From positions 1-64,000 of IMG/VR virus record IMGVR_UViG_3300029723_000002: a DNA stretch of 64,000 bases; one strand, written 5' to 3'. Origin of the DNA: a virus. The notes beneath the pieces are model-generated. The model was not told the origin of the DNA. It did no database searches and worked only from the letters and a program-made list of their open reading frames with translations. Positions 39,662 to 49,520 of this stretch are shown here, one piece after another (position 1 is the first letter of the stretch; every line of letters starts with the position of its first letter). A program made the translations under genes and the position numbers.

Positions 39662-40144
39662 ATGAAACCATTAAAAAAGAATATTATCTTCTTAGATATT
39701 GATGGTGTTCTTAATTATACAAATTGGTATTCTAATCCTAGAAACTTTGGAAATATTAACGGTCAAGAAGGAGACTTAGATCCATTTTGTATTGAACGAG
39801 TTAATATATTAGCTAAAATAACTAATTCTTATATTGTTATATCTAGTGACTGGAGGTATGATGAGAGACAATGTCGAATTAGACTGGAAAAAGCTGGTTT
39901 AACAGCTTTAATTATTGGATTTACCCCAATTCATCTATGGAATGAAAAGCAGTTAGATAAATCTAGAGGAGCAGAAATCCAAAGTTGGTTAAATAATAAT
40001 CTATGTATTGTAAATAATTATGTTATACTAGATGACAGAACAGATATGTTAGAACACCAACTTAGAAATTTCATATATGTAAATAGTCATATAGGATTAT
40101 CTGATGATGATATAAATGAAGCTATTATTATTTTATCTAACTAA
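39662..40144 (+). CDS. HAD-superfamily phosphatase-like protein
   Basis: IIFLDIDGVLN matches HAD motif I (DxDG[VT]L). Confidence 0.45.
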   Translation: MKPLKKNIIFLDIDGVLNYTNWYSNPRNFGNINGQEGDLDPFCIERVNILAKITNSYIVISSDWRYDERQCRIRLEKAGLTALIIGFTPIHLWNEKQLDKSRGAEIQSWLNNNLCIVNNYVILDDRTDMLEHQLRNFIYVNSHIGLSDDDINEAIIILSN

Positions 40145-40149
40145 TAAAC

Positions 40150-40221
40150 TGGAGTGTAGCTCAGAGGCAGAGCATGAAACTGTTAATTTCAGGGTCGAGA
40201 TATCGTAATTCTCCACTCCAG
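40150..40221 (+). tRNA. tRNA-Asn(GUU)
   Basis: Acceptor tggagtg/cactcca. D-arm gctc-agaggca-gagc. Anticodon stem tgaaa/tttca with loop ctgttaa. T-arm has a non-canonical loop. Confidence 0.55.
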
Positions 40222-40250
40222 CTAATATTTTATGTTAATAAGGTTTTTAC

Positions 40251-40341
40251 GGAAGAGTACTCAAGTGCTTTAAGAGGGCAGTTTTGAAAACTGCTAGGTT
40301 GTGTAACAAGCAACGCGTGAGTTGGAATCTCACCTCTTCCA
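40251..40341 (+). tRNA. tRNA-Ser(UGA), type II
   Basis: Acceptor ggaagag/ctcttcc. Three-bp D-stem. Anticodon stem gcagt/actgc with loop tttgaaa. Long variable arm. T-arm gtgag-ttggaat-ctcac. Confidence 0.55.
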
Positions 40342-40357
40342 CATTTATATTAAAGTT

Positions 40358-40633
40358 ATGTATAGAGAAATTGGAGACGTATTTACAATGGTAGATTCTG
40401 ATGCTTCAAAAGTATTAGAGTTACAGGTGGTAAAAGAGAGGTATGGTTTAGTATGTGAAGAGTGTTATTTTTACAAAGAATACGAACATTGTGTTCCATA
40501 CACTAATTCACAATGCAGAGCACAAGTAGGCCACTGTTCTTTTCATTATAGAGAAGATCATATGGATGTTATATTTAAATTACTTAAAGAACATAAAAAT
40601 TTTAATAAGGTAATTCCTATTAATATAACATAA
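40358..40633 (+). CDS. Cys/His-rich small protein
   Basis: Track ORF 40322..40633, trimmed to the ATG at 40358 so that it does not overlap the tRNA-Ser. Confidence 0.35.
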   Translation: MYREIGDVFTMVDSDASKVLELQVVKERYGLVCEECYFYKEYEHCVPYTNSQCRAQVGHCSFHYREDHMDVIFKLLKEHKNFNKVIPINIT

Positions 40634-40671
40634 TCAATTATATTTAAAGTGTAAATATTGCACTTTAGAAT

Positions 40672-40744
40672 GGAGTTTAAGCTAATCTAGTGAAAGCACT
40701 AGACTGAAAATCTAGGGAGCCAGGAGCGTAACCTGGAAACTCCA
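40672..40744 (+). tRNA. tRNA-Phe(GAA)
   Basis: Acceptor ggagttt/aaactcc. Anticodon stem ctaga/tctag with loop ctgaaaa. T-arm ccagg-agcgtaa-cctgg. Confidence 0.55.
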
Positions 40745-40948
40745 CAGAATCGTCTCTAGAACAATTATCAATAAAATTACTGTAAATTATTATAACTGCT
40801 AAAAGGAGATATGCTTTCTAAATTATTTATCAGTAGTCTTCGTCTAGAAGCTTAGGATACAGATAAAAGATCAGTTAAAATAAGGTTTTAATTTATTTGC
40901 TGAGTCTCTGAGAGAAAGGTGCAAATCCTTTAGATTACTATTTTTTCT

Positions 40949-41019
40949 GCATGTATGACCGAGTGGTGAGGTGCGGCTCTGCAAAAGCCATTACGTAGGT
41001 TCGAGTCCTGCTACATGCT
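40949..41019 (+). tRNA. tRNA-Cys(GCA)
   Basis: Acceptor gcatgta/tacatgc. Anticodon loop ctgcaaa. T-arm gtagg-ttcgagt-cctgc. Confidence 0.5.
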
Positions 41020-41030
41020 CCTAATCTTAT

Positions 41031-41102
41031 GCATTGTTGGTGTTAGTGATAGCATATGTGACTTCCAATCACAAGGGGAGAGTTTGAATCTCTTACAATG
41101 CT
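41031..41102 (+). tRNA. tRNA-Gly(UCC)
   Basis: Acceptor gcattgt/acaatgc. Anticodon stem tgtga/tcaca with loop cttccaa. T-arm gagag-tttgaat-ctctt. Confidence 0.5.
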
Positions 41103-41117
41103 CAAATAATAAGTAAT

Positions 41118-41480
41118 ATGAAAAGTTGAAATTTTATAACACATAAACAAAAATTACACTGAGGATATAGGATCTTACTAATGGAGAATCAAGGTAAAGC
41201 ATTTGGCAGCATTTACTGATATTTTGATGAGCCTAGAGATCTTTATATTGATATGATTAGTGTTTCAGAAGAAAGTCAACAAAAAGGATTGGGCACATTC
41301 TTATTGAAGAAACTAGAACACATTTGTGTTAATGATTTGTCTGCTGAAAAAATTTCTTTATGAACATTCAAGAATAGTTGAACAAAAAAATGGTATAATC
41401 GTTGTGGATATAAGGATGCAGAACCTAATGAGTCAGAACCAGAAACAATTTGAATGGAAAAAAGAATAAATTCATTTTAA
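41118..41480 (+). CDS. GNAT family N-acetyltransferase (120 aa), 6 in-frame TGA
   Basis: YIDMISVSEESQQKGLGTFLLKKLEHICVNDLSAEKISL W TFKNS W TKK W YNRCGYKD matches the GNAT motif A/B pattern. The frame was checked from ATG 41118 to TAA 41478-41480. The gene is invisible in the ORF track. Confidence 0.55.
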
Positions 41481-41502
41481 TCTTATATATTTACTTAACT
41501 TA

Positions 41503-41844
41503 ATGAAACTTAAATTTGTTAAACTATCTAATAGATGGTTTGTAGATATACCTTATATAGGCTCTATCGAAGATCTTGAAATGGTATCTGGTAGTGATAA
41601 ATTTTTAAATAATCTATGTTTAAGAACCGAGTCTACTACTACAGCATTAGAGTTAGATGTTTCAACAACTGAAGAGTCTCAATACTGTTTTAAATTTGTA
41701 ATTAGTGACATTGACTCTAGTGGAGCTACTTATAAATGTGACTCTCTTGAAAATATTGATTCTATATGGCTTTGTAATGTAACAAAACTAATCTTCTCCG
41801 AGTTTCCAAGAGCTATTTATATTACATCAATAAAAACAATATAA
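41503..41844 (+). CDS. hypothetical protein
   Basis: Track ORF. Confidence 0.4.
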   Translation: MKLKFVKLSNRWFVDIPYIGSIEDLEMVSGSDKFLNNLCLRTESTTTALELDVSTTEESQYCFKFVISDIDSSGATYKCDSLENIDSIWLCNVTKLIFSEFPRAIYITSIKTI

Positions 41845-41847
41845 ATT

Positions 41848-42177
41848 ATGATTACCTTTACAGAATTTTGTAGTGAGTTACTAGCTAAACATGGATATTT
41901 AGATTTTGAATATGATATTGTTATTTCGTTTACTCAAACCTTCTCTAATACTACATGCGGTTTAGGTGGAATAGGAGGGCAGGCATTTACTAATGCTCAA
42001 ATATTCGCGTTTATTACTTGTAATACTGTAATTATAATAGGACCTGCGTGGAGCTATTGTATAGAAGACTACACAGAAATGTTATCAGTCGATATCTATA
42101 ATCATCATATTGCTGATATGTGCAACATAGCAAGAATAAACCAATATGGCAACATTAAGAAAATTAAAAGGATTTAG
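41848..42177 (+). CDS. hypothetical protein
   Basis: Track ORF. Confidence 0.4.
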   Translation: MITFTEFCSELLAKHGYLDFEYDIVISFTQTFSNTTCGLGGIGGQAFTNAQIFAFITCNTVIIIGPAWSYCIEDYTEMLSVDIYNHHIADMCNIARINQYGNIKKIKRI

Positions 42178-42220
42178 CTCAAATTAAAAAATAATACATC
42201 AGTAAAAACAGTATAATAAG

Positions 42221-42748
42221 ATGATCAATCTATCTATTTTAGAAACAGGATGGTATCAAACTAGCAACGATGAAATTAAATACATTTACGTTAACTCAGA
42301 AAATTGTGATGATGAATCATCTGATATTGAAATTGACTGTATGTTAACGGCTGCTGGAAATATTGGAATCCTTAATAATACTCTATCAGACACATATCAT
42401 TTTAAAATTCCATCAAGTAAATTAGGTACTATAAGTTATTTAGGAGATTGTATTTTGCCAAATGTAATTACAACACAAATGGCTGAAAACTACTCAGATC
42501 CAACTATTATCTGTAGAACAGCATTATTGTCATTGATAATGAGATTTACTAAACGAAAGGATAATTCTGTTAGAATACAAAAAGAAACAAAACTTAGTGA
42601 TATTTTTGCAGGTATTTCTGTTTCTGGTATAGCTATGTTATTGTTCACATATTTTGGAATACAAACGTATGAATTTGACAGGTTTAAACCTGAGGATGCA
42701 TCCATTCTAGATTTGTGTAACTACTTACTAGAGAAATTAAACCTATAA
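42221..42748 (+). CDS. hypothetical protein with C-terminal TM segment
   Basis: Track ORF. Confidence 0.4.
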   Translation: MINLSILETGWYQTSNDEIKYIYVNSENCDDESSDIEIDCMLTAAGNIGILNNTLSDTYHFKIPSSKLGTISYLGDCILPNVITTQMAENYSDPTIICRTALLSLIMRFTKRKDNSVRIQKETKLSDIFAGISVSGIAMLLFTYFGIQTYEFDRFKPEDASILDLCNYLLEKLNL

Positions 42749-42758
42749 TTAGACTAAA

Positions 42759-42842
42759 GCCCAAGTGGAGGAATTGCTAGACTCTCCAGACTTAGGATCT
42801 GGTATCCGAAAGGATGTGCAGGTTGGAATCCTGTCTTGGGTA
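42759..42842 (+). tRNA. tRNA-Leu(UAG), type II
   Basis: Acceptor gcccaag/cttgggt. D-arm gag-gaattgctaga-ctc. Anticodon stem ccaga/tctgg with loop cttagga. Variable arm tatccgaaaggatg. T-arm gcagg-ttggaat-cctgt. Confidence 0.6.
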
Positions 42843-42860
42843 CTAAATTTAACTGAAATT

Positions 42861-43736
42861 ATGATAAAAATTTACGATCCTAAAACTAATACACTTGATT
42901 GGAAGTTGTTAGACCAAATTCCAGAGATAGTAGCTTTAAAAAACACTCCTCAGAATCAAAAACATCATAAAGAAGGAAATGCTTTTATACATACATGTTT
43001 GGTAACACAAAATATGCTTGATTGTATTGAGCTAGGGCATCCTTTTATTGAAAAACAACACATGTTTGAAGATGATGATTTTAAGGAGATGTTAGTATTA
43101 TCTGCTTTACTTCATGATATTGGCAAACCCACTGTAACTAGTCTTGGAGAAGACGGCTTATATCATTGTAGAAATCATGCTGAAGAAGGAATAAGAATTG
43201 CTGATCCAATGCTTAGAGAATACTTTAAAGATGATAAAATGAAGGACTTTAAAGTTTTAGCAATATGTAATATGATTAGATACCACATGCGTCCTTTATA
43301 TATTTTTAGTAAGGCAAATCCAGCAAATAGAATATTATCATTAGCAAATGATTTGAAATATGTTTTAATGGATGCTCTCTTGTTGTTAAAGTATTGTGAT
43401 TGTAAAGGTTCTATAACTGATGAAGATACCAGGTGGTACGAAATGTTACAAAAAGTGAGAGAGTTATATTATAATACAGTTACCTATAAAGCTGGAGAAG
43501 AAGTTACGATTGAAAAAATTAGTGACAATACTACCTGTGAATATGAATCTGGAAATCATCCGAATGGTATTAATGTAGGATATCGTCGATCAGGTAAATT
43601 ACAATATCCTGTAACGGTTGGAACTAGGTGTACTATTGGGTTTCCATTCTCTAGCTCTCCTGTAACAAAAATTATTGATAAATGTACTTTCGAAACAAAA
43701 AACTCAGTATATAAAATAGTTAAACCAGAAAAGTAA
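42861..43736 (+). CDS. HD-domain phosphohydrolase
   Basis: QNQKHHKEGNAFIHTC...SALLHDIGKP carries the H...HD...D motifs. Track ORF 42765..43736 was trimmed to the ATG at 42861 after the tRNA. Confidence 0.5.
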   Translation: MIKIYDPKTNTLDWKLLDQIPEIVALKNTPQNQKHHKEGNAFIHTCLVTQNMLDCIELGHPFIEKQHMFEDDDFKEMLVLSALLHDIGKPTVTSLGEDGLYHCRNHAEEGIRIADPMLREYFKDDKMKDFKVLAICNMIRYHMRPLYIFSKANPANRILSLANDLKYVLMDALLLLKYCDCKGSITDEDTRWYEMLQKVRELYYNTVTYKAGEEVTIEKISDNTTCEYESGNHPNGINVGYRRSGKLQYPVTVGTRCTIGFPFSSSPVTKIIDKCTFETKNSVYKIVKPEK

Positions 43737-44551
43737 TGAATTTTATTTGTGTAGTAAAAGATCCAGCTATTATTCTTTGAACTTTAATTCAGAAAGGTTT
43801 TAATTGTGTTAATCCAGAATTTGCATCAGAAGTAACAGCTCTGGGAGCTGAAGGTAAATTATCTGATAAATACCCTTATCTTTTTATTGCAAAAATTCAT
43901 AAAGATTATGCAATTTTTAAGGATAAACACACAGCTGAAAGATGGCTAGCTTCTAAAGGTATTGATTCCTATCAAAGGTATTGGGCAGTAGATGATGTTT
44001 TAAAGGCTTTAGGCGTTAACAAAACGGAAGCAGAACAGAGACAAGAAGCTATTAATATTATTAATGGTAAAACAAAAAATATGGATAAAAAAGAATTTAG
44101 CTCAATTGCTAATTTGATGTCGTCGTTACTTGGCGGTGATTTTGAAAAAATGTTAAAAGAGATTAAGGAAGAACTGGAAAAGGAAGATAAAAAAAATAAT
44201 TCTGAAGAGGAATCTTTAGAAGAAAAATCTGGTACCTTTGAAGACGCTATTATTCCTGGTTATATTGTAAAATTTGCTATTGATGATCTTGATTATGGAG
44301 TCATTCTGGCAAATAGGATGATTGTATGTTTTGGTAATGATGGAAGAGTTAAAGGATATCTAAAGAAGTTCACTCAAGACACTCCAAGACCAATTGCAGG
44401 GATTTATAAACCTACTGAGGAAGCATACGGTTTTAGTAAAACTGATAAAATGATTCCAGTGTGGATAGCTCCAAAGCAAGAGGTAGTTTATACTATGGAA
44501 GATATTGAAAAGAAACTTGGTTTAGAACCTGGTTCACTCAAAATCAAATAA
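43736..44551 (+). CDS. hypothetical protein (271 aa) with 1 in-frame TGA
   Basis: The ATG overlaps the upstream TAA. MNFICVVKDPAIIL W TLIQKGF... runs in frame into track ORF 44081..44551. Confidence 0.45.
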
Positions 44552-44553
44552 TA

Positions 44554-44577
44554 AAGAGGGAATTTCCCTCTTTTTTG
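44554..44577 (+). terminator. rho-independent terminator
   Basis: agaggga-att-tccctc, then tttttt. Confidence 0.55.
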
Positions 44578-44587
44578 CTTTAATAAT

Positions 44588-44746
44588 ATGAGTAAATATA
44601 TTAGGGATTATCAAGTAGATAATTTTTCTGACGAGGATCTTGAACAAATAAAGCCAAAAAAGAATAAAATTAAAAAATTCAAAGAACCAAAAAATTCTAA
44701 GGACTCTAAGAAAAAACCTTTAAGGAAAATAAAAGATGAAATTTAG
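44588..44746 (+). CDS. small basic protein (52 aa)
   Basis: MSKYIRDYQVDNFSDEDLEQIKPKKNKIKKFKEPKNSKDSKKKPLRKIKDEI*. Confidence 0.3.
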   Translation: MSKYIRDYQVDNFSDEDLEQIKPKKNKIKKFKEPKNSKDSKKKPLRKIKDEI

Positions 44747-45563
44747 TATTGAAGATGTTTGGTTGTATCCAACTGAGATTGCATCAGAATCAGTAGATTA
44801 TAATATATATAATAAAGACGGTAAGTTACCTGTGTTTACTTCCATTGAGGAACCACTAAAACTTGAGGAGTATATTGAGTTAGGTAAACTTGGTATTAAC
44901 ACGATTATCCCACAAAGTATTAGTTTGTGGGGACGGTTATCAATGATTCATCAATCATTTATAGATTTATCCTATCACGAATTAAATAATTTGTTATCAA
45001 GCGACAATTTTACCTCTGATTTTGATAACACAAAAACATACTATATTTATATAGAATATACTCCTTATAATGGTAAACAGTTTTTTCATACTTGTAAATA
45101 TATTAAACGACAATTTGGAGGAAATGTGTTATTAATGGTATCTAATATTGGCTCGCCTGAATTATATTTAGAATGTTGTAAAACAGGCATTGATTATGTT
45201 ATTCTTGTAGATTCTTCTCGATATGTAGATCTTAAATTCTCATATCCATCTGGATCATTAATTGCTGATTGTAAAAGCAAGCAATGGGAAATTCAAGAAA
45301 CTATTAAATCAAGTCAGAATGCAGGAATTTTTTGTCCTTATACAGCAGCTTCTATTATTCATATCGAACACACATTAAACCAGATTCCAAGTTTTAGAGG
45401 TTTAGTTTTAGGAGCTGATTATGTTATGACGAAATTTAATTCCTCAAAACTTGACTATAATACGCATGTTAAAGCTATAGAAACCAAATTATTTAATATA
45501 ATGCAGTATGGAGGAATTAGAACTTTATCCGATTTTGAAAAAATTAAATATATTATTAAATAA
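44736..45563 (+). CDS. hypothetical protein
   Basis: Track ORF. Confidence 0.45.
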   Translation: MKFSIEDVWLYPTEIASESVDYNIYNKDGKLPVFTSIEEPLKLEEYIELGKLGINTIIPQSISLWGRLSMIHQSFIDLSYHELNNLLSSDNFTSDFDNTKTYYIYIEYTPYNGKQFFHTCKYIKRQFGGNVLLMVSNIGSPELYLECCKTGIDYVILVDSSRYVDLKFSYPSGSLIADCKSKQWEIQETIKSSQNAGIFCPYTAASIIHIEHTLNQIPSFRGLVLGADYVMTKFNSSKLDYNTHVKAIETKLFNIMQYGGIRTLSDFEKIKYIIK

Positions 45564-46741
45564 TGGAAGATAGAATTATATATTGTAAACTAACTGAAAA
45601 AAGTTCTAGAAAGGTTTGGGTTATAGAACCTAAACAGTTTTATCCTGATAAAACCGAAATATATCCCCTATCTGTTTCCTTAGCGTCCACTGTGATTGAC
45701 CGAATAGAACATCCAATAGGATGTGTTATTGGCCTTTATAGTAGTAAATTAACTCTAGCAAGTACTAAAAAGTATTATTCATATTCTGGAGAAAAATGTG
45801 CGGAAGTCTATGACGATCCAGTATCAGGACCTGGATATCAAAGATATTTAAGAAATCGAGACAAAACTCCAGAAGAAATTGCAGAAGAGGAAGCTAAAAT
45901 AAGTAAAACGTTACTATCTCATCTACTTAGAGACACTCAGACTAAACCTCTAACAATTGAACAACATGGATTCTATATTGAAGACGATAAGTATTATCTT
46001 CTAGTTCGGAATATTAAAAAAGTAGTTAATACTTTGTTATTAGGACCAACTGGTAGTGGTAAAACCGAGGTTATAGCTTTAGTTGCTAAGCAATTAGGTT
46101 TAGAATGTGAATATTATGACATGGGTGCAATGGCTGATCCTATTGCTGATTTGTTAGGTGTTCATAGGTTAGAGAATGGTAATTCTATTTTTGATTTTGC
46201 TAAGTTTTGTGATGATATACAGAAACCTAAGATAATCATTCTTGATGAGCTATCTAGAATGCCGCACACTTGTGCTAATATTATTTATCCGTTATTAGAC
46301 AACCGACGTTATCTTCCTGTGGAAATAGCAGGTTCAAAAGATGTTAGGCGTATACCTGTACATCCTAAATGTGTGTTTTTTGCTACTGCAAACATCGGTA
46401 TTGAGTATACTGGTACTTCAACTATGGACAAGGCGTTGACGAATCGTTTCTTTCCTATAGAGTTAGATTATTTGAATGCAACTAATGAAACTAGTGTTCT
46501 TGTAAAAAGATGTGGAATTGCTAAATCAGATGCTAAGATTATTTCTAATCTTGCTGAATCTATTAGAAAAATGAAAAGAAACTCTGATTTAGAAACCGCT
46601 ATTTCAACGCGAGAAACTTTAATGATTGCTGATTTAATCTATGATGGATGGGAACTTGTTAATGCAGTCAAAGCCGTATTACTGCCACTTTACGAACAAG
46701 ATGACAGAGAAAAAATTATTAAACTTATAATGAGTAAATAA
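45563..46741 (+). CDS. MoxR-like AAA+ ATPase (AAA_5-type)
   Basis: Walker A GPTGSGKTE. Walker B IIILDELSR. Sensor region FFATAN. Confidence 0.55.
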   Translation: MEDRIIYCKLTEKSSRKVWVIEPKQFYPDKTEIYPLSVSLASTVIDRIEHPIGCVIGLYSSKLTLASTKKYYSYSGEKCAEVYDDPVSGPGYQRYLRNRDKTPEEIAEEEAKISKTLLSHLLRDTQTKPLTIEQHGFYIEDDKYYLLVRNIKKVVNTLLLGPTGSGKTEVIALVAKQLGLECEYYDMGAMADPIADLLGVHRLENGNSIFDFAKFCDDIQKPKIIILDELSRMPHTCANIIYPLLDNRRYLPVEIAGSKDVRRIPVHPKCVFFATANIGIEYTGTSTMDKALTNRFFPIELDYLNATNETSVLVKRCGIAKSDAKIISNLAESIRKMKRNSDLETAISTRETLMIADLIYDGWELVNAVKAVLLPLYEQDDREKIIKLIMSK

Positions 46742-48636
46742 TGGCTGTTACTGATTGGTTTGGAAGAAATAAGAATAGGAATTATATATCAGAACATGGT
46801 AATCATAAGTTACAATGGGATTTTGGAATGGAGAATTCCTATTCTTCATTCTTTGCTCCAAACTTAGATAAACAAAAATTAATAAAAGACTCTTATAAAC
46901 ATGCTTGTGATATTAGGGACATTATGGAGGTCCCGAAATCAATTAAAGTTAGTTTATTTGCCCAACCTAGTTCTTATAGTACCTCCAAAAAAGTTGTAAT
47001 TTCAACTGATGTTTTTGATGATTCGGCGTTGAATAATAATCAAAAATTAGATATCTTTTTAGGATTAGCAGTTCATGAGTTCTCCCATATTTTATACACT
47101 GACTTAGATTCAGTAAAGAACTACAAATCAGACGATTACATTGGACAGTTAACTAATATAATTGAAGATGAGAGGATTGAAAGTAAGGCAACATATTTCT
47201 ATCCAGGATACGCTAACTTCTTAAAAGAAGTAAAGCGTTATTATTTTCAGAAATGTTTCAAGGAAGAACATTTAAATGATGTAACTGACGTTTTGCAAAC
47301 AGTATTTTACATTATTAGATATCCAGAAAATGTAAGTGAAGACATTTATAATCGTCATTTAGTTTTATTTGAAAAAATCAAAAATGTTATGTCTTCTTTG
47401 GGTAAATCATTTGTAGAGTCTAATTCAAAAGCAAAGAAAATTTGGAAATTAATTTGTGATTATTTTGAACTCCCACCAGAACCTCCAACAAATAATAAAG
47501 AATATTCTCAAGAAGGAGAACCAGATGAGGGTGATAATAATGATAACAGTGATATGAGTCAAGGAAATGAATCTTCTGACAATCGCTCTGGTAAAAGTGA
47601 GAGTAATTCAACTTCTGAAGGCTCTAATTCCAAAGGCTCTAACTCAGCAACGTCTAAACCTGCTGAAACAGGCACTGTAAAGCCAAGATCTGAAGAGGAG
47701 TTAAAAGACTTTGCAAATTCTATAGCGAGAAGAATCTCTAAGGTTACAAGCAGTTACACTACTCAACGTAGTTCTGAAATTAGAACATCATGGGATGCAG
47801 AAGAATATGCTGGAGATTTAGTAAGGGAGAGTGATGATTTAGTATTGCATCGTCAGGAAAATAATCAGGAAAACTATAATGAAGTTAAGACTCAGTTAGG
47901 AGTTTCTATTACACCACTAGTTAATGCTTTTAGCAAATTTTTTGTTGAGCAAAAATATAATCTTAGTGGGTTAAGAAGAGGTAAACTTGATACGGGAAAA
48001 CTTGCTGAAGCTTATCAAAATGTTGAGACTGTTTATACACAAACATTCGAAAGAATAACGCCAGGTTTAGATTTATGTCTGTTAATTGATGAATCAGGTT
48101 CAATGGACGGAAGCAAAATTGATACTGCTCAACAAGCTGCAATCTTATTGAATGAAGTTTGTTTAAAATTACCTAAATGTAACTTGTTTATTTATGGTCA
48201 TACTGCTGATATTGTATCATCTGGCGATACATTTATTAATGTTTATCGAGACTCTTGGAATAAGAATAAGTATTCTTTAGGATCTGTAAGAGCAATGTGT
48301 AACAATAGAGATCATGAAGCAATCGAGGAAGTTTATAAACTTGTAAGAAAACAAACTAATAACCCTCTTTTAATGTTTGTAATATCTGATGGATATCCTG
48401 CTGCACGAGGTTTACTTAATTTATCAGAATCAATAAGGTTGGTAAAAAAGACAGTTGACTGTATAGAATCAAGAGGTGACACAGTTATTTGTCAGATAGC
48501 TATTGAAAGTGATATCGATCCTCAAAAAATGTTTAATAATTATATTCATCTTACAGATTTAGATACATTTCCTAGAGATTTATCTAATTATGTACTAAAA
48601 ACTCTTATATCAAAACTTAAAAGAATTGATATATAG
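46741..48636 (+). CDS. multidomain protein: N-terminal HExxH metallopeptidase motif, acidic Ser-rich linker, C-terminal von Willebrand factor A (VWA) domain
   Basis: LAVHEFSHILY. Low-complexity EGEPDEGDNNDNSDMSQGNESSDNRSGKSESNSTSEGSNSKGSNS. MIDAS-like LLIDESGSMDGSKIDTAQQAA. Translationally coupled to the upstream MoxR-like ATPase. Confidence 0.55.
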   Translation: MAVTDWFGRNKNRNYISEHGNHKLQWDFGMENSYSSFFAPNLDKQKLIKDSYKHACDIRDIMEVPKSIKVSLFAQPSSYSTSKKVVISTDVFDDSALNNNQKLDIFLGLAVHEFSHILYTDLDSVKNYKSDDYIGQLTNIIEDERIESKATYFYPGYANFLKEVKRYYFQKCFKEEHLNDVTDVLQTVFYIIRYPENVSEDIYNRHLVLFEKIKNVMSSLGKSFVESNSKAKKIWKLICDYFELPPEPPTNNKEYSQEGEPDEGDNNDNSDMSQGNESSDNRSGKSESNSTSEGSNSKGSNSATSKPAETGTVKPRSEEELKDFANSIARRISKVTSSYTTQRSSEIRTSWDAEEYAGDLVRESDDLVLHRQENNQENYNEVKTQLGVSITPLVNAFSKFFVEQKYNLSGLRRGKLDTGKLAEAYQNVETVYTQTFERITPGLDLCLLIDESGSMDGSKIDTAQQAAILLNEVCLKLPKCNLFIYGHTADIVSSGDTFINVYRDSWNKNKYSLGSVRAMCNNRDHEAIEEVYKLVRKQTNNPLLMFVISDGYPAARGLLNLSESIRLVKKTVDCIESRGDTVICQIAIESDIDPQKMFNNYIHLTDLDTFPRDLSNYVLKTLISKLKRIDI

Positions 48637-48692
48637 ATTTTATATTTCACTGTTTTTTATTATTTTTGCAGTATAACTAAAAATAATAAAAT

Positions 48693-48763
48693 GCCTTTGT
48701 CGTTCAATGGTAGGACAGCGCTCTTCAAAAGCGTGTATGTGAGTTCGAATCTTGCCAAGGGTG
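48693..48763 (+). tRNA. opal suppressor tRNA: tRNA-Trp-like body with anticodon UCA (reads UGA as well as UGG)
   Basis: Hand-folded, 71 nt. Acceptor gcctttg/caagggt. D-arm gttc-aatggta-ggac, as in Trp tRNAs. Anticodon stem gcgct/agcgt with loop cttcaaa (U33, UCA, A37). T-arm gtgag-ttcgaat-cttgc. Discriminator G73, which is the Trp identity base. Confidence 0.7.
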
Positions 48764-48793
48764 CTAACTGATTAAAAACTAACAAGTTATAAT

Positions 48794-49003
48794 ATGTTAT
48801 TATTCTCAGAAGAAGAAGAAATTCAAGAATTAGCAGAAGAATTAAACTGTACAACGCAAGAAGCAGGTATCATTTATCTAAGGCAGGAAGGGTGTACTTA
48901 TACACAAATAAGACTAAAACTAGGTAATCCTTCCAATAAACTAATTAGACAAACACTACTAAAATATGCACCTAATCTTATAGAAAATAATGAAAAAGTT
49001 TAA
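48794..49003 (+). CDS. small HTH-like protein
   Basis: Track ORF. Confidence 0.35.
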   Translation: MLLFSEEEEIQELAEELNCTTQEAGIIYLRQEGCTYTQIRLKLGNPSNKLIRQTLLKYAPNLIENNEKV

Positions 49004-49520
49004 AATATTGTTACATGATTATGTAATTGTAATCGCTTTACTTGCTTTTAGTGTCTTATATATTAAATTTTCTACAGAATCGGTATCTGCAGAACCTTCC
49101 AATATTGAAATAGAGTCTCCAAAAGAAGACTCTATTATTATTTTAAGGGATTCGTTAACAGAATGGCAAGTATTTATCATGGCACTTATTGAAGTTGAAT
49201 GTGAAAGAAATCCTAAAGCTAAATCTCCTGGTGGTGCGGTTGGACCATTTCAAATAACACAGTCTTATATTAATGAAATTAATAGAATATATAAGACAGA
49301 CTTTATTTTGTATGAAGCTTATAATTTAGATAAGGCTTTATGTATGTTTGAGATGATGAACGATCACTATAATCCTAATCGAGATGTAGATAAAGCTATT
49401 AAACTTCATAATCCTAAGGCTGGTAACTGGTACACTAAAAAGGTAAAGCAAAGAATGCAGGCTATTGAGTTTAATGAGGAAGTTAGAGCTAAAATCATAG
49501 ATTTATATAATATTTATTAA
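48990..49520 (+). CDS. membrane-anchored lytic transglycosylase-like (SLT domain) protein
   Basis: N-terminal TM segment. ECERNPKAKSPGGAVGPFQITQSYINEI resembles the SLT catalytic E...GLMQ motif region. Confidence 0.45.
   Translation: MKKFKILLHDYVIVIALLAFSVLYIKFSTESVSAEPSNIEIESPKEDSIIILRDSLTEWQVFIMALIEVECERNPKAKSPGGAVGPFQITQSYINEINRIYKTDFILYEAYNLDKALCMFEMMNDHYNPNRDVDKAIKLHNPKAGNWYTKKVKQRMQAIEFNEEVRAKIIDLYNIY

Noticed and set aside
40800-40945. A possible additional tRNA between tRNA-Phe and tRNA-Cys (aaggtgcaaatcctt stem-loop)
   Set aside because: No matching 7-bp acceptor partner was found upstream. The T-loop is non-canonical. It is probably spacer hairpins.
48660-48854. Minus-strand track ORF overlapping the suppressor tRNA
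   Set aside because: It is antisense to a well-folded tRNA and to the start of 48794..49003. It has no support.
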